Assembly (NCBI GenBank): GCA_031409655.1
Contig: JANNXQ010000248.1
Span: 1 to 44,480, forward strand
DNA length: 44,480 bases
DNA from: Chthoniobacteraceae bacterium
GTDB taxonomy: Bacteria; Verrucomicrobiota; Verrucomicrobiia; Chthoniobacterales; Chthoniobacteraceae
Direction of reading: 5' to 3'
This document shows positions 17,514-26,460 of this stretch, piece by piece. The notes under the pieces were generated by a model. It saw only the letters and a list, made by a program, of their open reading frames with translations. It did not search any database and was not told the DNA's origin. A program made the position numbers and the translations under genes. The first letter of the stretch is position 1. Each line of letters opens with the position of its first letter.

Positions 17514-19018
17514 CGTTTCTTCGCACTCTTCGTGCGCTCGGCCGGCCGCTTCTCCGCCAGTGGATCGGCAAAGCCGTCGTCGTACACCGTGTTCGTCGCC
17601 GTCGCGCGATCGAACTCCGCGAGCGCCTTATTGTAGTCCGCACGCGCCTCCACTTCCGTGCTGCGCGCGCGGGTCAGCGCCACCCGGGCATCCAGCACAT
17701 CGAGCTGCGTGCCCGCGCCCGCCGCGAGGCGTTCACTCGCGAGCCGCAGCGCCTCCAGCGCCTGCTCCACATTTTTCTGCTGGCTCTCGATGGTCTGCTT
17801 CGCCTGCTGCAAATTCGCAAAGGCTTGCTGCACCTCCAGCTCCACCTGCTGCACGGAATCGTCGTACGTCACCTTCGCCGTCTCCAGCAAAGCCGCCGCC
17901 TGCTTCACCTTGCCCGCGGTCTCAAAGCCATCGAAAACATTCCACCGTCCGCTCAAGCCGAAGAACCAGCCATTCACCGTGTCATCGAGATTATCCGTGA
18001 GCCGGGAGTTGCGCACCAGCCCGCCGCCATTCACATCCACCCGCGGTTTGTAGCCCGCGAGCGCCACTTTGATCTGCTCCTTCTCGATCAGGATCTTCTG
18101 CCGCTGCACCTTTAGAAAGGGCCGCCGCTCCCGCGCCAGCGCCAGCGCCGTGCTCAGCTCACCGGGCCGTCCGCTGATGGCCAGCGTCCCCACGCAGTTA
18201 AAGGTCGGCTTCCCATCCGCCGCCGCCAGCAGCCCCAGCGTCTTCGCGAGATCGAGCTGCGCGATGAGGTAGTTATTCTTCGCCCGGATCAGATTTGGCC
18301 GCACATTTGCCAGCTCCACCTCGGCCCGCAGCACATTGAAACGCGGCACCGTCCCGGCCTCAAAGCGGTTCTGCTGATCCTTGAGCTGATCCTCCTGCAG
18401 TTTCACGGATTCCTCGGCCACGTTGATCAGTTCGCGACCCAGCAGCACGATGTAAAATTGCGTCCGCGTCTTCGCGATCACGCTGTCAACGGTATCGCGC
18501 AGTCCCCAGTAGCTATTGTCCTCGGTGAGCTTCGCGATCTTCATCGCCGCCCGCACCTGCCCGCCGGCATAGAGCACCTGCGTCACTTGCAGCGTCACAT
18601 TCCAGGATTGATCCCCCCCCGCCGCCCCGCTGCCGCCCTGACTCTGCGAATCAGTGAGCGCGCTCAGCAGCTCCGCCGATTCTCCCGTCAGCCCCCCCGT
18701 CTCAAAGCTCCCGCCGCTCGCACCGCCACTCTCCAGCAGAGCGCGATCCTGCTGATCGTAGCGCGCACCCAGGGTCACATGCGGCAGGGCCTGGGCCCGC
18801 ACTTCGATCACCTGCCCCCGCGTCCGCTCGATCTCCTGGAGCGCCTTCAGGATGTCCGGATTCTGCCGCAGCGCCACCTGCACCGCCCGCCCCAGCGTCA
18901 TGTCCCCCGCCAGCTTCCGCACCACCGGCGAGCCCAGCTCCTCCGTGTGGCCATGGGGCAGCGCACTGAAAAGGAGCGTGGCAGCGAAGAGGCAGAGGAG
19001 CGTCGGGCGTCGATTCAT
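17510..19018 (-). CDS. TolC family outer membrane efflux protein
   Basis: Two OEP repeats (ALRQNPDI, NRFEAGTVPRFNVLRAE, ERLAAGAGTQLDVLDAR); start trimmed to MNRRPT with signal peptide and ATGA overlap with the MarR stop. Confidence 0.9.
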   Translation of the reverse strand: MNRRPTLLCLFAATLLFSALPHGHTEELGSPVVRKLAGDMTLGRAVQVALRQNPDILKALQEIERTRGQVIEVRAQALPHVTLGARYDQQDRALLESGGASGGSFETGGLTGESAELLSALTDSQSQGGSGAAGGDQSWNVTLQVTQVLYAGGQVRAAMKIAKLTEDNSYWGLRDTVDSVIAKTRTQFYIVLLGRELINVAEESVKLQEDQLKDQQNRFEAGTVPRFNVLRAEVELANVRPNLIRAKNNYLIAQLDLAKTLGLLAAADGKPTFNCVGTLAISGRPGELSTALALARERRPFLKVQRQKILIEKEQIKVALAGYKPRVDVNGGGLVRNSRLTDNLDDTVNGWFFGLSGRWNVFDGFETAGKVKQAAALLETAKVTYDDSVQQVELEVQQAFANLQQAKQTIESQQKNVEQALEALRLASERLAAGAGTQLDVLDARVALTRARSTEVEARADYNKALAEFDRATATNTVYDDGFADPLAEKRPAERTKSAKKR

Positions 19019-19470
19019 TTGCTTTGGCAGTGGATAATGAGCTTTTCGTAAATTCGCACCCACGTCTTTTGTTCGTTCGGTTCGAGATAGCCCATGAACC
19101 GGATGAGATTGCTGACCATGTCGTCCCGCACTTCCGTCACGAGCGTCAAGCCCGACTCCGTGATCTGCACCTCGATCTTCCGCCGGTCATCCTTCCCGTG
19201 GTGGCGCTGCACATGGCCGAGCTTTTCCAGCCGATCCACCAGCCCCGTCGCCGCCGCCGTCGTGTGCCCCATCCGCTGCGCCACCTCCGACATCGTGAGA
19301 TGCTTCTGCGGCGCCAGGAAGCCGAGCAGACAGTACTGGGGAAAGGAGACATTCCCCCGCCCCAACTCCTTCGAGAGCTGCAGAATGAAGGACCGCTGGA
19401 TCGCCGTGAAAATATCCGCCAGCCTTTCAGCATCCGCGCGGATTCGTTTTTCGTTGGTCGCAGTCGGCAT
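19015..19470 (-). CDS. MarR family transcriptional regulator
   Basis: LTMSEVAQRMGHTTAAATGLVDRLEKLGHVQR...DDRRKIEVQITESG; start trimmed to MPTAT. Confidence 0.92.
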   Translation of the reverse strand: MPTATNEKRIRADAERLADIFTAIQRSFILQLSKELGRGNVSFPQYCLLGFLAPQKHLTMSEVAQRMGHTTAAATGLVDRLEKLGHVQRHHGKDDRRKIEVQITESGLTLVTEVRDDMVSNLIRFMGYLEPNEQKTWVRIYEKLIIHCQSK

Positions 19471-19473
19471 AAA

Positions 19474-19514
19474 TTTAAGGGCCTTTACCTTAAAGGCACC
19501 AAAGCACTCGTCAA
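19474..19514 (-). promoter_or_regulatory. sigma70-like promoter with overlapping palindromic operator (probable MarR site)
   Basis: Minus strand TTGACG (19514-19509), 16 bp, TAAGGT (19492-19487); perfect IRs TTTAAGG-N7-CCTTAAA (19474-19494) and GCCTTTA-N3-TAAAGGC (19481-19497). Confidence 0.7.
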
Positions 19515-19541
19515 CCGCCTCTTCAGCAGGGTCTGCGCCCG

Positions 19542-19651
<110 letters not shown>

Positions 19652-19670
19652 CCCCACCGCGCTCCCCACC

Positions 19671-20435
19671 CTACCCCGCGCTCCACCCACCATCCGGCGG
19701 GAAAGCCGCCCCCGTCACATACCCCGCCTCATCACTCGCGAGATAGAGCGCCGCCGCCGCCACCTCCTCCGGCCGCCCCATCCGCCCCATCGGTTGCGTC
19801 GCACACATCTCTTCGTAAGCCTTTTTCGGATCAGGATACTCCTTCAGCCGCTCCGTCACCCAAGGCGTCTCGATCCGCCCCGGGCAGATCGCATTCACCC
19901 GGATGCCCTCCTGCGCATGGTCCAGGGCCATCGCCCGGGTCAGCCCCACCACCGCATGCTTCGTCATCGTATAGGCCAGCCGATCCCGCACCCCCACCAG
20001 CCCGCCGATCGACGCCAGATTCACGATCACCCCCGCCCGTCGCGCCAGCATCGAAGGGAAAAAGGCCTTCGTCACATTAAAGACCCCCCGCACATTCACC
20101 GCATACAGCCGGTCGAGATCGTGCCCCGTCGTCGTCGCCATCGTCCCCACATGCCCGATCGCCGCATTATTCACCAGGATGTCGAGCCGCCCCGCCTCCG
20201 CCAGCACCGCCCGCGCCACCTCCTCACACTGCGTCTCATCCGCGATATCCAGCTCCCGGAATTCCGCCCGCCCACCCCCAGCCTGGATGCGCACCACCGT
20301 CTCCGCCCCCTTTGCCCCGTCCCGATCCGTCACGATCACCCACGCCCCCGCCCGGGCAAAAGTCTCCGCGATCGCCGCCCCGATCCCCGAACCCGCACCA
20401 GTGACGAGCGCAAATTTATCAACGAGAGAGAACAT
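19671..20435 (-). CDS. short-chain dehydrogenase/reductase
   Basis: TGAGSGIG, LVNNAA, YTMTK catalytic motif, IRVNAICPG, DGG. Confidence 0.93.
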   Translation of the reverse strand: MFSLVDKFALVTGAGSGIGAAIAETFARAGAWVIVTDRDGAKGAETVVRIQAGGGRAEFRELDIADETQCEEVARAVLAEAGRLDILVNNAAIGHVGTMATTTGHDLDRLYAVNVRGVFNVTKAFFPSMLARRAGVIVNLASIGGLVGVRDRLAYTMTKHAVVGLTRAMALDHAQEGIRVNAICPGRIETPWVTERLKEYPDPKKAYEEMCATQPMGRMGRPEEVAAAALYLASDEAGYVTGAAFPPDGGWSAG

Positions 20436-20949
20436 CTACCCACCGTGCCCCGTGCAGGGCGAAGGTTGAAGCAAGAACTCCTCCTCCACTCCGGAGCGAT
20501 CCCGAACCCAAAACGCGCGGCGCACCGCGAGGGCCTTCTCCCGCCCCGCGAGTCCGACGGCGAGCCCAGATTTTTTGCGATTTACCCCTGCCAGGCCGCC
20601 GCTTCGCACGCGGAGAATTGGGAGCGTTTGGCGGACCCCTACAGTGCTCCTGCAACTTCGCTCAGGAAAGCAGGGGTCGGTTCCAACCAACCCGGTGAAA
20701 ATCACAGCTATCGTCCCCGCATGGTGCCATGGTCCGCTCCGGCAATGAACACTTCCGCCGCAGCGTGAGGCGGCACGGTGGCGGGGCTCTGCAAATCGCA
20801 GCCCCCTCCTGGGTTCGAGTGACTGGCCACAAGCGGGATTTTCTCCCGCCTGACGAGGACAGTCCGAGCAGCAACACCTTGCTCATCACCTTTCCGTCCC
20901 CTCCCGGAGCTGCGGTGGAAAGGGAGAAGCCGCGCGGTGCGGGCCGGCC

Positions 20950-22143
20950 TTAAAAGGCGAAGCCCATCGAGACCACGATCGTCTCCGAGTGCCCAAAGTC
21001 GGAGCTGATCTCAGGAAGGATGTCGTATTGGTAGGCGGCTTCGATGGCGAGGTTTGGAATCTTGAAGGAAAAGCCGGCGGACCAGGCAACGTGGCGCCGG
21101 TCATCCACGACGGCGCCCGCGTTGAGATCGAGCATGGCGTGCAAGGGGTAGCTCCCTCCGAGGTAGAGGCGGTGGACTTGCAGTTCGCTCGTCCCGCTCG
21201 ACAGCCAGCCCCACTGGTAATCGCCCCGCAGGTATCCGGCGCGCTTCTTTTCCGCCCAGGCCAGCGGGGTGTAGCGCCAGGCCGTGCCGGCGCGGACAAA
21301 AAGCTGCTGGTAGTCCCGCGGGACGAACTTGCCCGAAGCACCCTCAACGACCGCGGGATGGGCCGAATATTTACCGCGCTTGGTGGGCTGGTAGGCGTAA
21401 TCAACGCTGAGGCCAAGCAACCAGATGTCGTACTGCTGCGAAGGCAGAAGCTCCGCGGCGAGGGTCGCCTTGCCTTCGCCAGTCGCGGTCGCGTGCGTCT
21501 CCGGCCCGCGGAGCGACATCTGCCAGCCAAAGCGCACGCCAAACGACTCGCGATCGGAATCGCCAAGCACCTGCTTCCGGAAGGGCAGCGACACCGGCCC
21601 GCGTGGGGTCGGCACCGGGTAGTTGCCCGCGGGCAGCGAGACATTCGTCTCGGTCTGCGAATAGCTGAACTGGAGGCCGAGGCTGAAGGGATGCACCCGG
21701 CCATCGAAACGTCGGGCAAGATCGAACCGGTAGGCGTTCGCATCGACCTCGAAAATGCCGCCGTCGCTGCGCAATTGAGTGGCGGACAACTTGAGCGCGA
21801 GGTGGGCGGTCGGGTAGAAACTCAGGCTCTGAGTGGTGGCCCACAAGTCCGTCCCTCGATCGAACGAGATGCCGGTGAATTGCCCCGACACCGCGAAGCG
21901 GTAAGTGTCCGCACCGTTCCAGGTGTAAAGCGGTCGCCAGGCGAGCGCGGCGGGATTGATGGAAGTCGAGCGCGCGCTGGCGACGGAGGCGCCCGCTTGT
22001 CCGGCAACGTCGGGATAGGTCGAGAGGCGGGAGAGTGCGGCGGAGAAGCGCAGGGCGAAATCTTCCGATTCGAAATCGCCGCCGTAGCTGGGGAGCACCG
22101 CGAGCAGCAGGAGAGCAAGGAGGATGTGTGGGACGCGAGTCAT
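20950..22143 (-). CDS. outer-membrane beta-barrel protein, FadL/PorV-like (NPA motif)
   Basis: Signal peptide; AGQAGASVAS...SINPAAL; alternating amphipathic beta strands; C-terminal VVSMGFAF Bam-type signal. Confidence 0.68.
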   Translation of the reverse strand: MTRVPHILLALLLLAVLPSYGGDFESEDFALRFSAALSRLSTYPDVAGQAGASVASARSTSINPAALAWRPLYTWNGADTYRFAVSGQFTGISFDRGTDLWATTQSLSFYPTAHLALKLSATQLRSDGGIFEVDANAYRFDLARRFDGRVHPFSLGLQFSYSQTETNVSLPAGNYPVPTPRGPVSLPFRKQVLGDSDRESFGVRFGWQMSLRGPETHATATGEGKATLAAELLPSQQYDIWLLGLSVDYAYQPTKRGKYSAHPAVVEGASGKFVPRDYQQLFVRAGTAWRYTPLAWAEKKRAGYLRGDYQWGWLSSGTSELQVHRLYLGGSYPLHAMLDLNAGAVVDDRRHVAWSAGFSFKIPNLAIEAAYQYDILPEISSDFGHSETIVVSMGFAF

Positions 22144-22176
22144 GGCGGGTGATGGTTGGGTGGGTTTGAGCAGATT

Positions 22177-23178
22177 TCAGCGAGCGAGCTGACGGCGCAG
22201 CCAGGTGGAGGTCTCGCGGGCGGCAACGGAGCATTCGGGCTCCTCTTGATTCAGGCAGTGCGATCCCTGCGTGAGAGTGTGTCTTTCACCACGTGCCTGG
22301 CGTAAGGATCGCTCGAAACGCTCCGGGGCGCCGGGCTGCGTCTTAGACGGCTGGAGCAGCACGTCCGCACCACCGAGGAACCAGAGCACTGGCGTGCGGA
22401 TCGCCGGCGCCGCGCGCCCAGCGGCTTTGCCGAGAGCGGCCGCCTCCCGGATGAAGTGAAAGGTGTAACTCGGCGCCCGGTCCGCGGAGTGGATGAACTG
22501 GGCGTTCTTTCGCCGGTCATTGAAGATCGCCTCACCTGATTGCTCGGTGGCGGCCGCTTCCCCAAATCGGTCTTCTGGCCGAGTCACCAAGCGCCCGATC
22601 CACCCCCGCAACCGGATCGTGCAGGATGGGTCGATCATCGTCAGCGCCGGGCTATAGAGCACCACGGCCGCGGGGCGGGCACCCGACCACCGCGGATCAC
22701 CAGCGACACTCAGTACCTCGAGCGTTCCCATGCTGTGGCCAGCAAAAACGACCGGCACGCCGGGATGACGCCGGGCGACGAAGCGGGTGAATTCCGCGTA
22801 GTCCCGCGGCCAGCTTTCCCAAGCATCGATGTCTCCCCGCTGGTGCCTCATTTTCGCATAGTCGCCATCCGGCACCCCCCAGTCGCCGCGCCGCCCGGAC
22901 GCATAGACCGCGATGCCCTCACGGCTGAGCTTGCGGGCGAGCAGGTCCCAATCGCACGCACTCGAGTCCCAGCCCGGCAACGCGGCCATGACGGCCCGCG
23001 GAGCGCCAGTCGTCGACCAGGAGCGGTAGGCGATGCGCACGCCGTCCTGAGTCCGCCAGAATGGTCCGTGCGGAGGGCAGGTCTCCGGTCCATTGCGGGC
23101 ATTCTCTTTCGGCAGGGAGCTGCAGGAGGTGAAGGCAGCGATCAGCGCGGGGATGGCAATGAGGCGTGGGAGGTTCAT
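22177..23178 (-). CDS. lipoprotein alpha/beta hydrolase (lysophospholipase/Hydrolase_4-like)
   Basis: Lipobox FTSC; nucleophile elbow GHSMG; candidate Asp (GADV) and His (GSHCL); ATGA overlap with the cyclase stop. Confidence 0.85.
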   Translation of the reverse strand: MNLPRLIAIPALIAAFTSCSSLPKENARNGPETCPPHGPFWRTQDGVRIAYRSWSTTGAPRAVMAALPGWDSSACDWDLLARKLSREGIAVYASGRRGDWGVPDGDYAKMRHQRGDIDAWESWPRDYAEFTRFVARRHPGVPVVFAGHSMGTLEVLSVAGDPRWSGARPAAVVLYSPALTMIDPSCTIRLRGWIGRLVTRPEDRFGEAAATEQSGEAIFNDRRKNAQFIHSADRAPSYTFHFIREAAALGKAAGRAAPAIRTPVLWFLGGADVLLQPSKTQPGAPERFERSLRQARGERHTLTQGSHCLNQEEPECSVAARETSTWLRRQLAR

Positions 23179-26100
23179 AGGGTGGAAGTGGACGGGCGAG
23201 GTTTGGAGGAAAGTTGCCGCTGGGCCGCGGGTCGCGCGGGTCGCGATGCGCGTAGCGGACCGAGCGCGGCCAGTTCGCGTTCCGCATCGCCGTGCAGCAG
23301 CCAGGCACCCATCGCCGCAGCGGCTTCACGCGCGGCGTGCAGGCAGGCGCGCGCTTTTTCCCGCTCCCCGAGATCCTTCCATGCCCCCGCCTCGGCACAG
23401 CGCAGCATCGGCGCATAGACGATCTCCCCCGCACGCACAAATTCCTCCGCCACGGCGAGCGCCTCGAGCGCCTCCCGCGGGCGCCCCGCCACCCGCAGTG
23501 CATCCACCAGGCAATAGTGATAGGTGGTGCCCGCGAGGCGTTGTCGCAGCGCGGCAAAGCCCGCCAGCGCGCGGCGGATGGTCGCGAGCCCCTCCTCGAT
23601 CTGGCCAGCGCGCACCCCGGCCCAACCCTGGATTGGCAGCGTCATGGCCAGCCAGTGCGAGAGCCCGTGATCCTTCATGAAGGCTGTGAACTCGGTCGCA
23701 TCGCGGACGATCGCCGCCGCGTCGCCCAGATACATCCGGATGGATTGCTCGATCTGCATGGCAAAGCCGAGATCGTTGGGCCGCCCGGATTCGCGTGCCG
23801 TGGCGAAGGCGCGCTCCAGCACCGCATGGCTCTCCTCCACCTGCCCGCAGATGCAAAGGCAGAGCGCGCGCCAGCCATTCGCGGCCAGGCGGTTATTGAG
23901 CGCAAAGACGGAGACCGCATCGCACCATTCCGCCGCCCTTTGCCAGGCCGTGTCCGCCTCCGCAAGCCGGCCCTGATAATAGCAGGCGATGCCGCGATAC
24001 AACTCCCCGCTCCCCTCCACAGCCCGCGCTCCTGCGGAACGTCCTGCGCCGATAAACCAGTGTGCCATTTCCTCCCCGAGCGCCCAGCGGTGCCGGGCCA
24101 GCGCGCACGCAGCCACCGACGCATGCACCTGGGCCGCCTGCCGGAGATCAATTGACAAGACCTTGAGTTCGAGGATGCGATCCGCGGCGCGCTCGATCTC
24201 CGCAGAAGCGTAGCCAGTCGTCGCCGCGAGCGAGGTAAAAAGGTCTAGGAGGAGTTCCATTTCTGCGCGATCGCGCTCCTCGCCGGCGCTCTGCTGTCGC
24301 AGTAGTTCGAGCGCTAGCGTGACGTGCGCGACGGCCTCCACTTGCGCGTGCCGGCTCGCCGCCAGCCGCGCCGCGGCGGCCCAAAGTGGGATCGCCCGCT
24401 GCGTCCAGCCAGCGCGGGTGAAATGGTGCGCCAGCATCTCCGGCGCGATCTCGAGACCCTCCGCGGCGCGCGCATCGAGCAGCCCGGCCAGCCGCTCGTG
24501 CAGTGCCCGGCGCGTCCGCACCAGCATCGACTCGTAGGCCTCCGCCTGGAGGAGTGCGTGGCGAAAGGCCAAGCCCCCCTGGCTGCGCGCGAGGATGCCG
24601 GCCTCCACGAGCTGCTCGATCCCGTGCGCCAGCTCACCGTGCTGGCCGGTCCAGACGGCGCGGAGCAATTCCTCGGAGAAATCCCGCCCGAGCACTGCGG
24701 CGAGTTGCGCCACCTTCCGCGCCGGGCCAAGCCGGTCGAGCCGCGCACGCAGAGAATCGCGCAGCGTCGCCGGCACTGGCAGCGCGTCGCCCGCGGCTCC
24801 GCCGGCCTCGACCACCGCTCGCGTGATCTCCTCGAGGAAGAGCGGCACGCCATCGGCGCGGGCGACGATCTCGGTGACGAGGGCTGGGGCCAGCCACCGA
24901 TCACCAGCCACGTGCTCGACGATCTGCGCGGCCTCCGCCGCCAGCAACCGTTTGAGGGTGACACATTCTCCCGGCCACAATGCACGGAATTCCAACCGCT
25001 CGGTGGTCAGTACGAATAGTTGCGGTGGCACGCCGCCCTCGATCAGCAAGCGGAGGAACTCGAGCGTTGAGGCGTCCGCCCAGTGCAAATCTTCCAAGAC
25101 AAAAATCACCGGCATCTGCCGCGCCCGCCGCCGGAGCAACTCGATGAGGAGCGTGATGCCCCGTGCGCGCAGCGCTTCGGGCGGCAGCGCGGGCACAGTC
25201 ACGCCCGGCGGCAGGGGCGAGCCGCCCACCGCCATCAGCACCGCGGCATCCGCCTCCGGCAGGTCGAGTTCGCCGAGCCGTTCCCGGAGCGCGTCGAAAT
25301 TCCAGGCAGCGGAAGTTTCGCCCGTCAGTCCAAGGCGACGGCCGAGTTCGAGGATCGGATGAAACGCGCTGTGCCGCGCGACTTCGGAGGATTGCGCGAT
25401 TAGCCAACGGTGCGGGGCGGTACCCACCGCGCGGTGAAATTCGCGCAGCAGACGCGACTTCCCCGAACCCGGCTCGCCGCTCAGGCCGAGCACCCGGCCC
25501 GCGCCAGCCCGCACCGCAAGCCACTCCTCGGCGAGCGTACTCAGCACTTGGCTGCGCCCGACCAGCGGCGCGCGCTCCGTCTGCGCCGAGGCCGCGAGGC
25601 GATGGGCGAGATCGCGCGCGCCGAGCACCTGGCAGACTTGCACCGGACGGTCGAATCCCTTGAGCGCGACATGGCCAAGCTCCTCGACGAGGAAAAGCCC
25701 CGGCACCAGCCGGTGCGTGGCCTCGCTCATGACCAGCCCGCCCACCGGGGCGATCGTCTGGAGCCGCGCTGCCAAATTCGAAGTGTAGCCCACAATTCCC
25801 CCGCGCTCGCGCCGCTGGCCGGCGGCCAGTTCGCCGATGATCACTGGCCCCGTATGCACGGCCACGCGGACGTGAAAAGGCGTGTGGTCAGGCCCGCCCC
25901 CGCGATTGCGAGTCGCGACCGCTTCGAGAAATTCGAGCCCGGCGCGCACCGCCTGCGCCGCCGCGCCCTCCAGCGCCTGGGGCCAGCCGAAATAGCTCAG
26001 CAGCCCGTCGCCGAAAAATTCCCTGACGAAGCCGCCATGCCGACTGACGATTCCATCCGCCAGCGTGTGATATTCCTCGATGATCTCGCATAACTTCTCC

Positions 26101-26279
26101 GCATGGAGAAGCCCCGAGAGGCGCGTGGCATCGACCAGATCGCAGAAGAGCACCGTGAGCTGCCGGTTTTCCGAAGGCGCTTCAGCGACCGTCATCAATG
26201 GAGCGCCGCACCGTCCGCAAAAACGGAACCCGAAAGGATTCCGAAACTCGCACCGCGAGCAGGGAGAACGCGCACGCAC
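23175..26279 (-). CDS. zinc ribbon + class III nucleotide cyclase + STAND/AAA NTPase + TPR-like protein
   Basis: CSRC...FCGRCG; LFCDLVD and FGDG metal ligands; NLAARLQ; Walker A GEPGSGKS; Walker B VLEDLHWAD; GVPLFLEE; FRHALLQ; helical C-terminus. Confidence 0.92.
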   Translation of the reverse strand: MRARSPCSRCEFRNPFGFRFCGRCGAPLMTVAEAPSENRQLTVLFCDLVDATRLSGLLHAEKLCEIIEEYHTLADGIVSRHGGFVREFFGDGLLSYFGWPQALEGAAAQAVRAGLEFLEAVATRNRGGGPDHTPFHVRVAVHTGPVIIGELAAGQRRERGGIVGYTSNLAARLQTIAPVGGLVMSEATHRLVPGLFLVEELGHVALKGFDRPVQVCQVLGARDLAHRLAASAQTERAPLVGRSQVLSTLAEEWLAVRAGAGRVLGLSGEPGSGKSRLLREFHRAVGTAPHRWLIAQSSEVARHSAFHPILELGRRLGLTGETSAAWNFDALRERLGELDLPEADAAVLMAVGGSPLPPGVTVPALPPEALRARGITLLIELLRRRARQMPVIFVLEDLHWADASTLEFLRLLIEGGVPPQLFVLTTERLEFRALWPGECVTLKRLLAAEAAQIVEHVAGDRWLAPALVTEIVARADGVPLFLEEITRAVVEAGGAAGDALPVPATLRDSLRARLDRLGPARKVAQLAAVLGRDFSEELLRAVWTGQHGELAHGIEQLVEAGILARSQGGLAFRHALLQAEAYESMLVRTRRALHERLAGLLDARAAEGLEIAPEMLAHHFTRAGWTQRAIPLWAAAARLAASRHAQVEAVAHVTLALELLRQQSAGEERDRAEMELLLDLFTSLAATTGYASAEIERAADRILELKVLSIDLRQAAQVHASVAACALARHRWALGEEMAHWFIGAGRSAGARAVEGSGELYRGIACYYQGRLAEADTAWQRAAEWCDAVSVFALNNRLAANGWRALCLCICGQVEESHAVLERAFATARESGRPNDLGFAMQIEQSIRMYLGDAAAIVRDATEFTAFMKDHGLSHWLAMTLPIQGWAGVRAGQIEEGLATIRRALAGFAALRQRLAGTTYHYCLVDALRVAGRPREALEALAVAEEFVRAGEIVYAPMLRCAEAGAWKDLGEREKARACLHAAREAAAAMGAWLLHGDAERELAALGPLRASRPARPAAQRQLSSKPRPSTSTL

Positions 26280-26460
26280 GACTCTCGGTCTATGGATCGA
26301 TCACCGCGTGGTCAATGGCGGAAAACGACCAGGGCGCGCAGCGGGCCGGAGATCATGGAAAACTTCACGAGGCCGCACGGACGATCGCCGCGGAAACTCC
26401 GTGCGCAAGCTTGCGGCTGGACGCGCTGGGGGGCTTTGCCGAGATACTGCGCGGCAATCC

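Noticed and set aside
20755..20830. tRNA-Cys-like fragments (ctgcaaa loop, gggttcgagt T-loop)
   Set aside because: No consistent acceptor, anticodon or T stems and no CCA; the cloverleaf cannot be closed
20830..20875. Hammerhead-like CTGACGA-GGAC-A-GTCC
   Set aside because: The required GAAA after stem II is GAGC, and stems I/III are not evident
23175..26279. Avs, CBASS or Pycsar antiphage system
   Set aside because: Architecture matches signalling cyclase-STAND proteins; no cyclic-nucleotide-binding, TIR or nuclease effector nearby, and the neighbours are envelope proteins. Not fully excluded
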